A stretch of DNA of 64,000 nt. Source: Nannocystales bacterium (lineage in GTDB: Bacteria > Myxococcota_A > Polyangia > Nannocystales > Nannocystaceae). Positions 19,629 to 30,934 of this stretch are shown in pieces. The notes below the pieces were generated by a model, which was not told the DNA's origin, did no database searches, and saw nothing but the letters and a program-made list of their open reading frames with translations. The position numbers and the translations under genes were made by a program. The DNA lies in assembly GCA_050633305.1 (NCBI GenBank), contig JBOEGF010000013.1, positions 160,001 to 224,000 of the forward strand. Reading direction: 5' to 3'. How positions within the stretch are numbered: the stretch's first letter is position 1; each line of letters opens with the position of its first letter.

Positions 19629-22600
19629 ATGCAGGTGTGTCGCCCGTCGCTCTTCATCACGCTCTGCTTGGCCTTGGGAAGCTGCACCAAAGCCCCACCC
19701 GCCCCGACACAGCAGCATCAAGCGCCCCCAGCCCCCGAGGACGACGGGCCACCCCCGGCCCCCTCGATGCGGCTGACCACGGGGGAAGGCACAGGCCTGG
19801 AGCTGACCAACCTTGAGGTGCGTGGTGTCGTCCAAGGCCCACTGGGTTTCACCGAACTGCACCTCACCTTCAAAAACCCGGAGGACAGAACGCTGGCCGG
19901 TCAGTTCGTCATCGACTTGCCTCCAGGAGCGGCACTGTCCCGGTTTGCGATGAAAATCGAGGGACAGTGGCAGGAAGGCGAGGTCGTTGAGCGGCAGGCA
20001 GCCCGACAGATCTACGATCGATTCCTCCACAACAACGTCGACCCGGCATTGCTCCAGAAGCAGGCAGGCAACCGATTCAGCGCGAAGGTCTTCCCCATCC
20101 CTGCACTGGGGCGCAAAGAGCTGGTCCTCAGCTACTCCCAGGTCTTGGACGGAACCTCGGACTACCGAGTCCCACTTCGTGGTTTGCCTCAACTCGAGCA
20201 CTTCGACGCGACGGTGTTCGTGCACGAAACGCAGGGTGCCAAGACCCGGCGCCGCGTCGTCGAGGCGCATGAGGAGGCCTACACCCCAGCGAAGGACCTC
20301 CTTGTCCCCAGCGGGAGCTCGACTCCCGAGCTTGGACTGAGGGGAGACGACGGCGTGGCCATGCGCGTCGTGCTCGGTGGTGATGTGCAGGCGCGCCCCC
20401 TACACCATCTCACCATCGCGTTCGACACCAGCGCGTCGCGAGCGAGGGGGTACGCAGGACGCGTGCGAGAGCTCGGTGCCCTCATCACGAGGTTGGGGCA
20501 GCAGCATCCCGACCTGCACATCGAAGTGGTGGCCTTCGACCAAGACGTGAAGCCGGTGTTCGAGGGACGCGCGACGGATTTCGCGGCACCACAACTCCAG
20601 GGACTGCTCTCCCGAGGGGCATTGGGCGCCTCAGACCCCGGGCGGATGCTCGAGAACTTCGTCTCCGATCCTCCAGCGCGCCTCCTGGTGGTGTCCGACG
20701 GCATCGCGACGTCTGGGAAGAGCGAACTCGCCGAGCTACGCTCGACGCTCGACGTCCTGAAAGAGGGTGGGCTCCAACGACTCGACGTTGTCCTCGACGC
20801 CTCAACCGGCAGTGACATCCTGCTCGGCGACCTGGCCCGTGGCCGACTCCCGCAAGACGGCAGCATCACCCGAAGCGACAGGCCCACAGAGGAGATCGTG
20901 GACCGCATCGGGCGCGGCATACTCGGCCCGATCTCGGTCCACGTCGAAGGTGCCACATCCGTCTGGCCCACCGAGATTCGCGGTGCACAACCTGGGGACA
21001 CGGCGATGATCTATGCCCACGGTGTCCCCAAGGGACCCATCGCAACCCGGCTGCGTGGGGGGTTGCAGCAAGACTCGAGCGTGCCCACGGTCGCAGCGCC
21101 CGGGCCCCTTCTCGCACGAGCTCTGGTGTCATCGAAGATCGATGCCCTCACCGCCGCCCACTCCGCCGCGGAGGACCCCTCGAAGAAAGCAGACCTACGC
21201 AAGCGCATCGTGGCTCTGTCCCAAAACCACCGGGTGATCTCGGACTTCACGGCGATGCTCGTCCTCGAGACCGAGTGGGACTACCGGCGCTTCAACATCG
21301 ACCGAGACGCGGTTGTCGATATTCTCGTGGTCGGGGATGACGGAGCCAGCCGCGTCCCCCGAAGCCGGAGCACACCACAACCCGCTCCGCCCCCCGCCCG
21401 AGCGGCCGAGAACGCTGTTGGAGACGCCGGCATCCTCGGGATGCTCGACACCAAGACGGGGCACTTCCTCGCATCCCCGTACGGCGCCGCCTTTGCGGTC
21501 GGCAATGATGATGAAGACGTCTGGGGTGGACTGACAGGGTCCGAAGTCGGCGAAGCCTTCGGGGTTGGCGGCTTGGGGCTCGTGGGGACCGGGCGCGGCG
21601 GCGGCGGCACCGGGAACGGGTTCGGCGAGGGAACGATCGGCCTGGGGAACGTTGGGCTCATCGGCCGAGGGGGCGGCGGCGGGACCGGGACGGGGTTCGG
21701 CCGGGGCCTCGCCTTTGCACCCCGGCAGAGGTTCGTGCCGCGAGTCCGAATCATGACGCCTCAGGTCCAACGCGGAATGCCGAAGGACTACGTCCGCCGC
21801 ATCGCGCGGGCGCACATCAACGAGCCGCGGTACTGTTACCTACAAGCATTGGACCGTGTGCCCGATCTGTCTGGAAGGCTGGATGTGAACTTCAGCATCG
21901 GGCCCAACGGCAAGGTCGCGACCGCGAAGGTGGATGGAGGCACCATGAAGGACGACAGGGTCGAAGCTTGTATCGAGCGTGCGATCGTCCGCTGGAATTT
22001 TCCAAAACCCAAGAGCAAGGCGTCTGTCGACGTGTCGCTGGCATTCAAGTTCAGCCGGAGTAAGCGGCCCCCACCTCCGCCTCCGCGGCCAGCCCCCGTG
22101 GCTCCGATCGCACGGCGTCCCAAGGCGCCAAGCAAGGCTCATTATCCTCCAGAAGACCTCGTGCAAGTGGACGCCAACCTCACCATCCCGCACGAGGGGA
22201 GGATGCTCGAGGTTTCGACCGCGCTCGAACAAGGCGACCCCGGCGGCGCACTTGCGACGGCACGCGCGTGGAGACGGGAAGCCCCTGAGGACGTCATGGC
22301 GCTGGTCGCCCTCGGCCAGGCCTACGAGGCGACGGGGCTGCGAAGCAAGGCCACGCGTGCGTACGGCTCGCTCATCGAGATGTTCCCCTCCGACGCCCCG
22401 ATGCTCAGGCACGCCTCCGCACGACTGACATCCATCGGTGGAGACGAGGCCAATGCGCTCGCGCTCGACGCTGCGCGACAAGCCTACGAAGAACGACCCG
22501 ACCACCCCTCGAGTCACCGAACCTATGCATGGGCGCTCGTCGCGATGCAGAAGTACGAACAGGCCTTTGGCATCCTGCGCGACGCCGCAAAGAAGGGGTT

Positions 22601-23111
22601 CGCGGTCCGATACGAAGGCGTGAACCAAATCCTTCGGGATGACGCCGCCGTGGTCGCTGCGAAGTGGGCCTCGGAAGTCCCAGAGCGGGCGAAGGAGATC
22701 CGGGCCCAGGCCAGGGGCTCCGGCATCCGAATCCTGCGGGAGCCGGTCACACACTTCGTCCTGTCCTGGGAGACGGACGCCAACGATGTCGACCTCCACG
22801 TCTACGACTGTGACGGCTCTCATGCGTACTACCTCCGCCGCGGACTCGAATCCGGAGGTTTTCTGTACGCGGACGTCCGGGATGGCTACGGCCCCGAATC
22901 ATTCACCATCGAAGGCGAGCCGCGTGGCTACCCGTACCGGATCGACGTGGACTACTTCCGACGAGGGCCCATGGGTCACGGGTTGGGGGCGCTGCAGATC
23001 ATCCAGACCGGAGAATCCCAGGAGACGGAGGTCATCCCGTTCGTCCTGATGATGGAGAAAGGCCGCGCTCGTCTCAAACTGATGAAGGGCCCACTCGCCC
23101 CGCCCACCTAA
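19629..23111 (+). CDS. Lipoprotein with VIT, vWA-like, Gly-rich/AgmX-PglI (TonB-C-like), TPR and YfaP-like domains
   Basis: LALGSC lipobox; FTELHLTFKN...RFAMKI...DPALL (VIT); FDTSAS and VVSDG (vWA); Gly-rich linker then RYCY...WNFPKP; LSWETDANDVDLHV...DVRDGYGPE. Confidence 0.82.
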   Translation: MQVCRPSLFITLCLALGSCTKAPPAPTQQHQAPPAPEDDGPPPAPSMRLTTGEGTGLELTNLEVRGVVQGPLGFTELHLTFKNPEDRTLAGQFVIDLPPGAALSRFAMKIEGQWQEGEVVERQAARQIYDRFLHNNVDPALLQKQAGNRFSAKVFPIPALGRKELVLSYSQVLDGTSDYRVPLRGLPQLEHFDATVFVHETQGAKTRRRVVEAHEEAYTPAKDLLVPSGSSTPELGLRGDDGVAMRVVLGGDVQARPLHHLTIAFDTSASRARGYAGRVRELGALITRLGQQHPDLHIEVVAFDQDVKPVFEGRATDFAAPQLQGLLSRGALGASDPGRMLENFVSDPPARLLVVSDGIATSGKSELAELRSTLDVLKEGGLQRLDVVLDASTGSDILLGDLARGRLPQDGSITRSDRPTEEIVDRIGRGILGPISVHVEGATSVWPTEIRGAQPGDTAMIYAHGVPKGPIATRLRGGLQQDSSVPTVAAPGPLLARALVSSKIDALTAAHSAAEDPSKKADLRKRIVALSQNHRVISDFTAMLVLETEWDYRRFNIDRDAVVDILVVGDDGASRVPRSRSTPQPAPPPARAAENAVGDAGILGMLDTKTGHFLASPYGAAFAVGNDDEDVWGGLTGSEVGEAFGVGGLGLVGTGRGGGGTGNGFGEGTIGLGNVGLIGRGGGGGTGTGFGRGLAFAPRQRFVPRVRIMTPQVQRGMPKDYVRRIARAHINEPRYCYLQALDRVPDLSGRLDVNFSIGPNGKVATAKVDGGTMKDDRVEACIERAIVRWNFPKPKSKASVDVSLAFKFSRSKRPPPPPPRPAPVAPIARRPKAPSKAHYPPEDLVQVDANLTIPHEGRMLEVSTALEQGDPGGALATARAWRREAPEDVMALVALGQAYEATGLRSKATRAYGSLIEMFPSDAPMLRHASARLTSIGGDEANALALDAARQAYEERPDHPSSHRTYAWALVAMQKYEQAFGILRDAAKKGFAVRYEGVNQILRDDAAVVAAKWASEVPERAKEIRAQARGSGIRILREPVTHFVLSWETDANDVDLHVYDCDGSHAYYLRRGLESGGFLYADVRDGYGPESFTIEGEPRGYPYRIDVDYFRRGPMGHGLGALQIIQTGESQETEVIPFVLMMEKGRARLKLMKGPLAPPT

Positions 23112-23247
23112 CGGCGCTTCATCGCGGATCAGGAGAAGTCGAGTCCGTGGGGCATCGGACGATGCCTGTCTCCAGGCCCCTCACTCGCCGGAATAGAATC
23201 GAGCGACATCACTGTAAGGGCGCACGAATCGGAGGCGTTCAGCCGCC

Positions 23248-24081
23248 GTGATGCGACAGCTTCTCTCCCTTGGCCTACTCCTGACCACGATCTCCGCCTG
23301 CGCCAGCGCACCCCGGGCGGAAGAGCCGAGTGCCCCCATGGCGGACATGGTTGCGGCGCCGGCCGCCGCCGCCCCGGTCCCGCTCCAGGAGTCCCACTTC
23401 GCCCGGACAGCCCAAGGGACTCTGTCGGAGGCGAAACTGCAGAAGATCCTCGACCAGCCGCTCGAACTCGACCTTCCCGGACGCGTGGGTGTGCTGCCGA
23501 TCGTGGAGGCCGAGGATTGGCGCGGCCCCAGCCCCTCGTATGACCGGGTCACTCCCGGCCTATCCCGGTTTGCCGACAAGCTCCCCGCTGACGATGGCTT
23601 CGCCCATGTCACCGAAATGATGCCGATCCCCTCCGGCGCGCTCGGAATGGAGGCCCTTCGGGAGGTCGCAGCCCGCTACAAGCTCCGCTACCTGATGCTC
23701 TACCGCGAGCATGTGAACGAGACTCAACGGGCCAACGGTGTGGCGGCCGGCTACCTGAGCGTCGTGGGGGCCTTCGTCCTGCCCGGCGCCACACTGGAGG
23801 TCGACGGGTACGCGGAAGCGTCCTTGTTTGACGTGAAGACCGGACTGTTGCTCTTCACTGTGCGCGAGCGACTGGGCGACCAACGCCGAAGCAACGTTTG
23901 GCAGCGAGAGCGAAAGCTCGGGGACATGCGAGAGGCCCTCGCGACCGAAGCCGCCGATGAACTCGCCAAGCGGACCCGTGTCGCGCTCGAAGAGCTGCGG
24001 CTGGCACTCGCGACCCCCACAGCCCTTCCCGCCGCCGTTGAACAGCCCTCGGAGTCCACCGTGGTCGGTGCTGGGCAGTAG
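23248..24081 (+). CDS. Lipoprotein of unknown function
   Basis: TISAC lipobox; LREVAARY...EASLFDVKTG pattern. Confidence 0.7.
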   Translation: MMRQLLSLGLLLTTISACASAPRAEEPSAPMADMVAAPAAAAPVPLQESHFARTAQGTLSEAKLQKILDQPLELDLPGRVGVLPIVEAEDWRGPSPSYDRVTPGLSRFADKLPADDGFAHVTEMMPIPSGALGMEALREVAARYKLRYLMLYREHVNETQRANGVAAGYLSVVGAFVLPGATLEVDGYAEASLFDVKTGLLLFTVRERLGDQRRSNVWQRERKLGDMREALATEAADELAKRTRVALEELRLALATPTALPAAVEQPSESTVVGAGQ

Positions 24082-26379
<2,298 letters not shown>

Positions 26380-26402
26380 CAAAGCAGCGTAGTCCCGAGC
26401 CA

Positions 26403-26427
26403 GGGCCGGGTCGAACAGGCTCGGCCC
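26403..26427. terminator. GC-rich hairpin between convergent genes, possible terminator
   Basis: gggccgggtc-gaaca-ggctcggccc stem-loop just after the katG stop; no clear U-tract. Confidence 0.35.
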
Positions 26428-26433
26428 GGAGGC

Positions 26434-26679
26434 TCAGATCCCGCCGAGGAGCTCCATGAACCACGTCGCGATCATGCCGATGCGGCGGCCCTTCCACGCC
26501 ATGAGCACGGTCGAGATGACCGCCAACGCACCGCACAGGTAGATCGAGGCCGGCCCAATCAGGTCGCCGAGCGTGATGAACGTCAGCAACGAGAGGGCAC
26601 AGCCCAGGACCAGCGCGACGATGATACGAAGCCACAAGGGGTCCGCTCGCTTTGCCTTCTCACCCATGGGCTCAACCAT
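26434..26679 (-). CDS. Small membrane protein
   Basis: Two hydrophobic helices in about 80 aa. Confidence 0.6.
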   Translation of the reverse strand: MVEPMGEKAKRADPLWLRIIVALVLGCALSLLTFITLGDLIGPASIYLCGALAVISTVLMAWKGRRIGMIATWFMELLGGI

Positions 26680-26720
26680 CGCACAGTGCAGGACGGCCCG
26701 TGCGACGGGCAGCTCGTCAT

Positions 26721-27779
26721 TCAGCGTTCCAGCAGCTTGAAGTGGCGCTCACGGGACGTCGAGCCATTCGCAGCACGGCACTTCTTGCTGCCTGGGGTTG
26801 AGAACCCGAGCTTCCCGTAGCTCTGCAGACACATGTAGACCCACTCACCGTTTCGCTTCGAGATCTGCAAACCGCGGCTGTAGTTCGCGCTCGCACTCGG
26901 CCGGGCCGAGCCCCACTTCGGAAATGCGGCCCGGTCCGGATCAGAGGCGAGATAGACCTCGAACGACTTGGTCTTGCCCGCCTTTAGAGCCCCGGAACCG
27001 TTGAGGTACGTGAAGCTGCAGTACACCGACATGCCACTTGGGCCGCTGGACTTGTGGAGCGTGCCGGGCCACTTGGCGCCGAACAGTTCGTGGGAGCGAC
27101 ACAGTGGTGAGGTGCCGCTGCGCATGATGTACGTCGGCATCTCGGGCATGCTGTTGCCCTGCCCGGGGTTCCACCAGGTGTTGGGGCTCGACGGAATCGA
27201 GATCGCATGCTTGACGATGCTCCACCTGGCGACGCCCGTCAGCTGACCCATCAGCCAGACCTTGCAATGCGGCATCGGTGCGTCGGAATGAACCGAGGGA
27301 ATGTCCATCACACCGGGCACATTCTGGCCGCCGACCTTGGCCAGGCACAGCGCCTTCAAGGAGCCGCCAGAACGAACCTTGACCGCGGCCTGGGGCAGGC
27401 GCCCGCGCGCCTTCGTGATCGTGTCGGGCTCTGCGCTGTAGCGTGACTTCATCTTGAGCGCTCTCGCCCCCTGGGCGTAGGTCTCGCCCATGCACTTCAT
27501 GCGCCAGCGGTTTCCGGACTTGTAGGGTGTTGCCCCGCTGATCCGGCCGTCGGCCGTCTTGCACACGGGCAGCAGGCGCGCCCCGGTGTTGGTCGCGACT
27601 CTCCCCCCGGTGAAGTCGATCGATCGCTTGAACAGACCGCCGTGGACCTGGCTGTCCTCCACCGAGATATCGGCCCAGACCTGCCGCTTGATCCGCCAGC
27701 TGTCTGCGGCCTCGGCGGTCGAAGCGGCGGTCGATGCGATCGCGAGGGCGAGCAGCGGGAGCAGGCTTTTTCTGAGCAC
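26721..27779 (-). CDS. Secreted basic Cys-containing protein with DM9/DUF3421-like repeats
   Basis: Signal peptide LLPLLALAIASTAA; repeated LC(R/L)...PG...C units. Confidence 0.55.
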   Translation of the reverse strand: MLRKSLLPLLALAIASTAASTAEAADSWRIKRQVWADISVEDSQVHGGLFKRSIDFTGGRVATNTGARLLPVCKTADGRISGATPYKSGNRWRMKCMGETYAQGARALKMKSRYSAEPDTITKARGRLPQAAVKVRSGGSLKALCLAKVGGQNVPGVMDIPSVHSDAPMPHCKVWLMGQLTGVARWSIVKHAISIPSSPNTWWNPGQGNSMPEMPTYIMRSGTSPLCRSHELFGAKWPGTLHKSSGPSGMSVYCSFTYLNGSGALKAGKTKSFEVYLASDPDRAAFPKWGSARPSASANYSRGLQISKRNGEWVYMCLQSYGKLGFSTPGSKKCRAANGSTSRERHFKLLER

Positions 27780-27926
27780 GGCCTCACTACGGATGCCGAC
27801 CCAGATCTCCCTCATCGCCCGGCCGCTTTTTCTACGAGACCCCACGCCAGCTCGCGATTTCGCCCGCTCGGGCCATCCCGCTCGCCGAACCCGTGAGATG
27901 TGCTCGGTTCGCGTAGGGTCCGCACG

Positions 27927-28535
27927 GTGAAACGTTCCGACGCCGAACAGCTCCTCGCTGACTTGCAACCCCAGCGGCCGAACTTCGCGAACGCGAGGGA
28001 GACCCTCGTCGACGATCTCGAAGCTCAAATTGAGGAATCGTCGCGATGGTGCGCCATCCGTATCGTCGAAGGAGGTCCGGACGCCGACCTCAGCGAGCCC
28101 GACCTCGCGCCGCGACCCCTAGAGAAAAACCGATGGAACGCGCTTCACGATGTCGGCGCGTTGCGTCGGGCGCTGCTGCCCCGAGACCAGACCGTGCCGC
28201 AGCCACAGCCGGGTCGTTTCCTCGTCTACTTCCCGGACGCCGACCTGTGCGATGGGGCAGCGGCCGTGGCGAGCGAAGAGTTCTTCGATGACTACAACTG
28301 CCCTCCGTTCGGAACGTGGGTCGGCTACTTCGACGACGCGACCGACGAAGCGGACACTGATCCCAACTACTCCGGGTACGTACTATGCTGGGTCCCCGAG
28401 CGGTTCAAGGACCTCGCGAACGCTGGGGTGAATGCCAACCCCGAAGCGTGTATCCGGTGGTTGGACGAGACCACGGTCCGCATCCGGCCCGTCCTGCAGG
28501 CTCTCGAGCTTGCGAGCGTTCGCGCGCCCTTGTGA
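27927..28535 (+). CDS. Hypothetical protein
   Basis: Acidic ORF with conserved-looking FLVYFPD..LCDGAA...FFDDYNCPPFGTWV and NPEACIRW. Confidence 0.65.
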   Translation: MKRSDAEQLLADLQPQRPNFANARETLVDDLEAQIEESSRWCAIRIVEGGPDADLSEPDLAPRPLEKNRWNALHDVGALRRALLPRDQTVPQPQPGRFLVYFPDADLCDGAAAVASEEFFDDYNCPPFGTWVGYFDDATDEADTDPNYSGYVLCWVPERFKDLANAGVNANPEACIRWLDETTVRIRPVLQALELASVRAPL

Positions 28536-28678
28536 CGCCGGATACGACACCGCTTCACCCCCGCGATAGCTACCGAACCTTCTTCCACCACCGCGGGCCG
28601 AATCGTACCGTGGTGGCTCAGCGCCGAGGGATGCGCTCCCCTCGGCCTACGCCATCTTCGACGGACAGGACTGCCTCA

Positions 28679-30898
28679 ATGATTCTCCAGACTCTCTTCC
28701 TGGCAGGGATTTCCGCCACCGTGCTTGCCCACTCTGCCGACGACGCCACGGTCTGCGAGGGGGACTTTGTGTCCTACGACGAGAGTCTCGAGCTCGACGC
28801 TCCGGCCAAGGACAAGTCCCCCAGCGCCGCCGTTCGTGCCGCTCAGGCCAAGAAGCAACGAGACAAGAAGGGGCCAGCCAAGAGCAAGAAAAAGAAGGGC
28901 AACGCGAAGAAGAAGAAGGGCAAACGGGTCAAACCCAAGAACATCGCCCAGGAGAAGAAGCGCAAGAAGGCAAAAGCGGACCACAAGGGCAACAAGGCCG
29001 CAAAGAGGAAGCGCAAGAAGATCAGCCGCAAGATGCCGGCTCGCGCATTCACCTCAAAAAAGAACCAGGTGAAGCTCGCGCAGCGCGAGAAGAAGGCCCC
29101 CAAGGCGGTCCGGGAGCGGCTCGCCGTGCAACGGGCGCTCATCAAGAAGAGGAACAAGCGCTATCGCGTCGCGTACACCAAGGCGCTCGAAATCCCCACG
29201 CCACTGCTGACCGGTCTCGAGCCGCTCAAGAACGCGAAGGCCGTCAAGCAGCGGCAGAACGCAAAGGCCGAGAAGAAGCTCGCTGCACTCGGAGTTGTCG
29301 GAGCGCCAAACATGATGCACCGGATGCTTCGCGCACCTGTCGTCGTCGAGCCCGATGGGCTCAAGGGAGCCCCCTCCGAAGGCAAGCGCTCGGATCACGT
29401 CGATGCTCCATTCCAGACCCCCGTCGGCGACGCCACCTGTTCGCCATCCATGACAGCGTGGAGCTGGAAGGAATACCTTGGCGAACCCCGCTCCCAGGGA
29501 TCATGCGGAAGCTGTTGGGCCTTCGCCGCGATCTCGGTATTCGAAGCTGTTGAGCGGATCGTCAATGGCCTCACGCTCGACTTCTCCGAGCAGCACATCG
29601 TCGACTGCGCGCGCGGGACTCACATCAACGGCTACGACATGGACGCCGGCTCGTGCAGCGGAGGGCAGATGTACCGGACCTTCGACTACCTCGAAGACCA
29701 CGGCGTCGCATTGGAGGACTCGATCCCGTACCAGGCGACAGAGCTCGCTTGCCAGCCCGACCAGGCCACCGAACACCGGGTGGGCGCCTGGGGCTTCGTC
29801 GATTCGTTCTACGCCGTCCCCAGCACAGACAAGCTCAAAGAGACGATCTGCCAGTATGGGCCCGCGGCGGTTGCCGTCCACGTCAACGACAGCTTCAGGA
29901 TGTATGCGGGTGGTGTCTACGACGACCACGTCGATGCGCAGGTCAACCACGCGGTCGTCATCGTCGGATGGGACGACCTTCGAGGCGCGTGGCTGATGCG
30001 CAATTCGTGGGGCACCTGGTGGGGCGAAGACGGCTACATGTGGATCGAGTACGGGGCCAACAACATCGGCGAGATGGCGGTTTGGGCCACACCAGAGTCC
30101 CCCGGCTCGGGGATGGTTTCCAAACGCAAGCGACGCAAGCTCAATATCCGAAACAAGACGGGGTCAGCGATCGAGGTCCAGGTGCAGTATCGCAACGGCA
30201 CCCGCTGGAAGCCCGCGCTGGGCTCTGGGAAGAAGACCTTGACGTATACCGTCGCCGACGGCGCGGAGGCGCTCGTGGGCATCGAGGGCAAGACCATTCG
30301 TGCCGACAAAGTCCGACTCTGGGCCAAGTCCACCAGCGGCGGTGGCAAGTGGTCGGAGTACAAGAAGAAGGACCTCGAGCTCGTTCCGGAGGGCACGTAC
30401 GCCTCCAAGACCATGCAGACGTTCGCGTACACCTTCGACGGCGACAACAAAGACGTCGGCGGGAAACCCAAGGGGGCCAGCAAGAGCAAGCGGTCCAAGA
30501 GCGAGTTGTTCGCCGCGGGCTATGGAGCGATCGACAGCGGAAAGCACACCAGGGGCCGCAACGTCCTCTCACGATATCTCGAGCGCTACCCTGGCGATGA
30601 CCGAGTTCCCGAGGTGATGTTCTGGATCGGCTACAGCCACTACGTCGAGGGCTCGTTCTACGAAGCTCTTGTCGAGTGGTACGACGTCGTCCTCGACCAC
30701 CCCGACCACGATTTCGTGGCATACGCGCTGTACTACTCCGGGCTCGCCTACGTCGAACGTGACGAGTGCGACCTTGCTCAGACCTGCTTCGATCTCGTCG
30801 CGCACGGCGGATATCCCTCCGCGACAGACGAATGGATCGACGCCGCGCAGAGCCAGATCTCCGACCTCGCGAGCAACGGCAAGAAATACTGCGGCTGA
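28679..30898 (+). CDS. Papain-family (C1A) cysteine peptidase with Lys-rich N-terminal region and C-terminal TPR domain
   Basis: QGSCGSCWAF (Cys), FSEQHIVDC, NHAVVIVGW (His), RNSWG (Asn); signal peptide; terminal YbgF-like TPR. Confidence 0.92.
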   Translation: MILQTLFLAGISATVLAHSADDATVCEGDFVSYDESLELDAPAKDKSPSAAVRAAQAKKQRDKKGPAKSKKKKGNAKKKKGKRVKPKNIAQEKKRKKAKADHKGNKAAKRKRKKISRKMPARAFTSKKNQVKLAQREKKAPKAVRERLAVQRALIKKRNKRYRVAYTKALEIPTPLLTGLEPLKNAKAVKQRQNAKAEKKLAALGVVGAPNMMHRMLRAPVVVEPDGLKGAPSEGKRSDHVDAPFQTPVGDATCSPSMTAWSWKEYLGEPRSQGSCGSCWAFAAISVFEAVERIVNGLTLDFSEQHIVDCARGTHINGYDMDAGSCSGGQMYRTFDYLEDHGVALEDSIPYQATELACQPDQATEHRVGAWGFVDSFYAVPSTDKLKETICQYGPAAVAVHVNDSFRMYAGGVYDDHVDAQVNHAVVIVGWDDLRGAWLMRNSWGTWWGEDGYMWIEYGANNIGEMAVWATPESPGSGMVSKRKRRKLNIRNKTGSAIEVQVQYRNGTRWKPALGSGKKTLTYTVADGAEALVGIEGKTIRADKVRLWAKSTSGGGKWSEYKKKDLELVPEGTYASKTMQTFAYTFDGDNKDVGGKPKGASKSKRSKSELFAAGYGAIDSGKHTRGRNVLSRYLERYPGDDRVPEVMFWIGYSHYVEGSFYEALVEWYDVVLDHPDHDFVAYALYYSGLAYVERDECDLAQTCFDLVAHGGYPSATDEWIDAAQSQISDLASNGKKYCG

Positions 30899-30934
30899 TT
30901 CCCCGCGTCGGTGGCAGCCGCCCTCGCGGCTACC

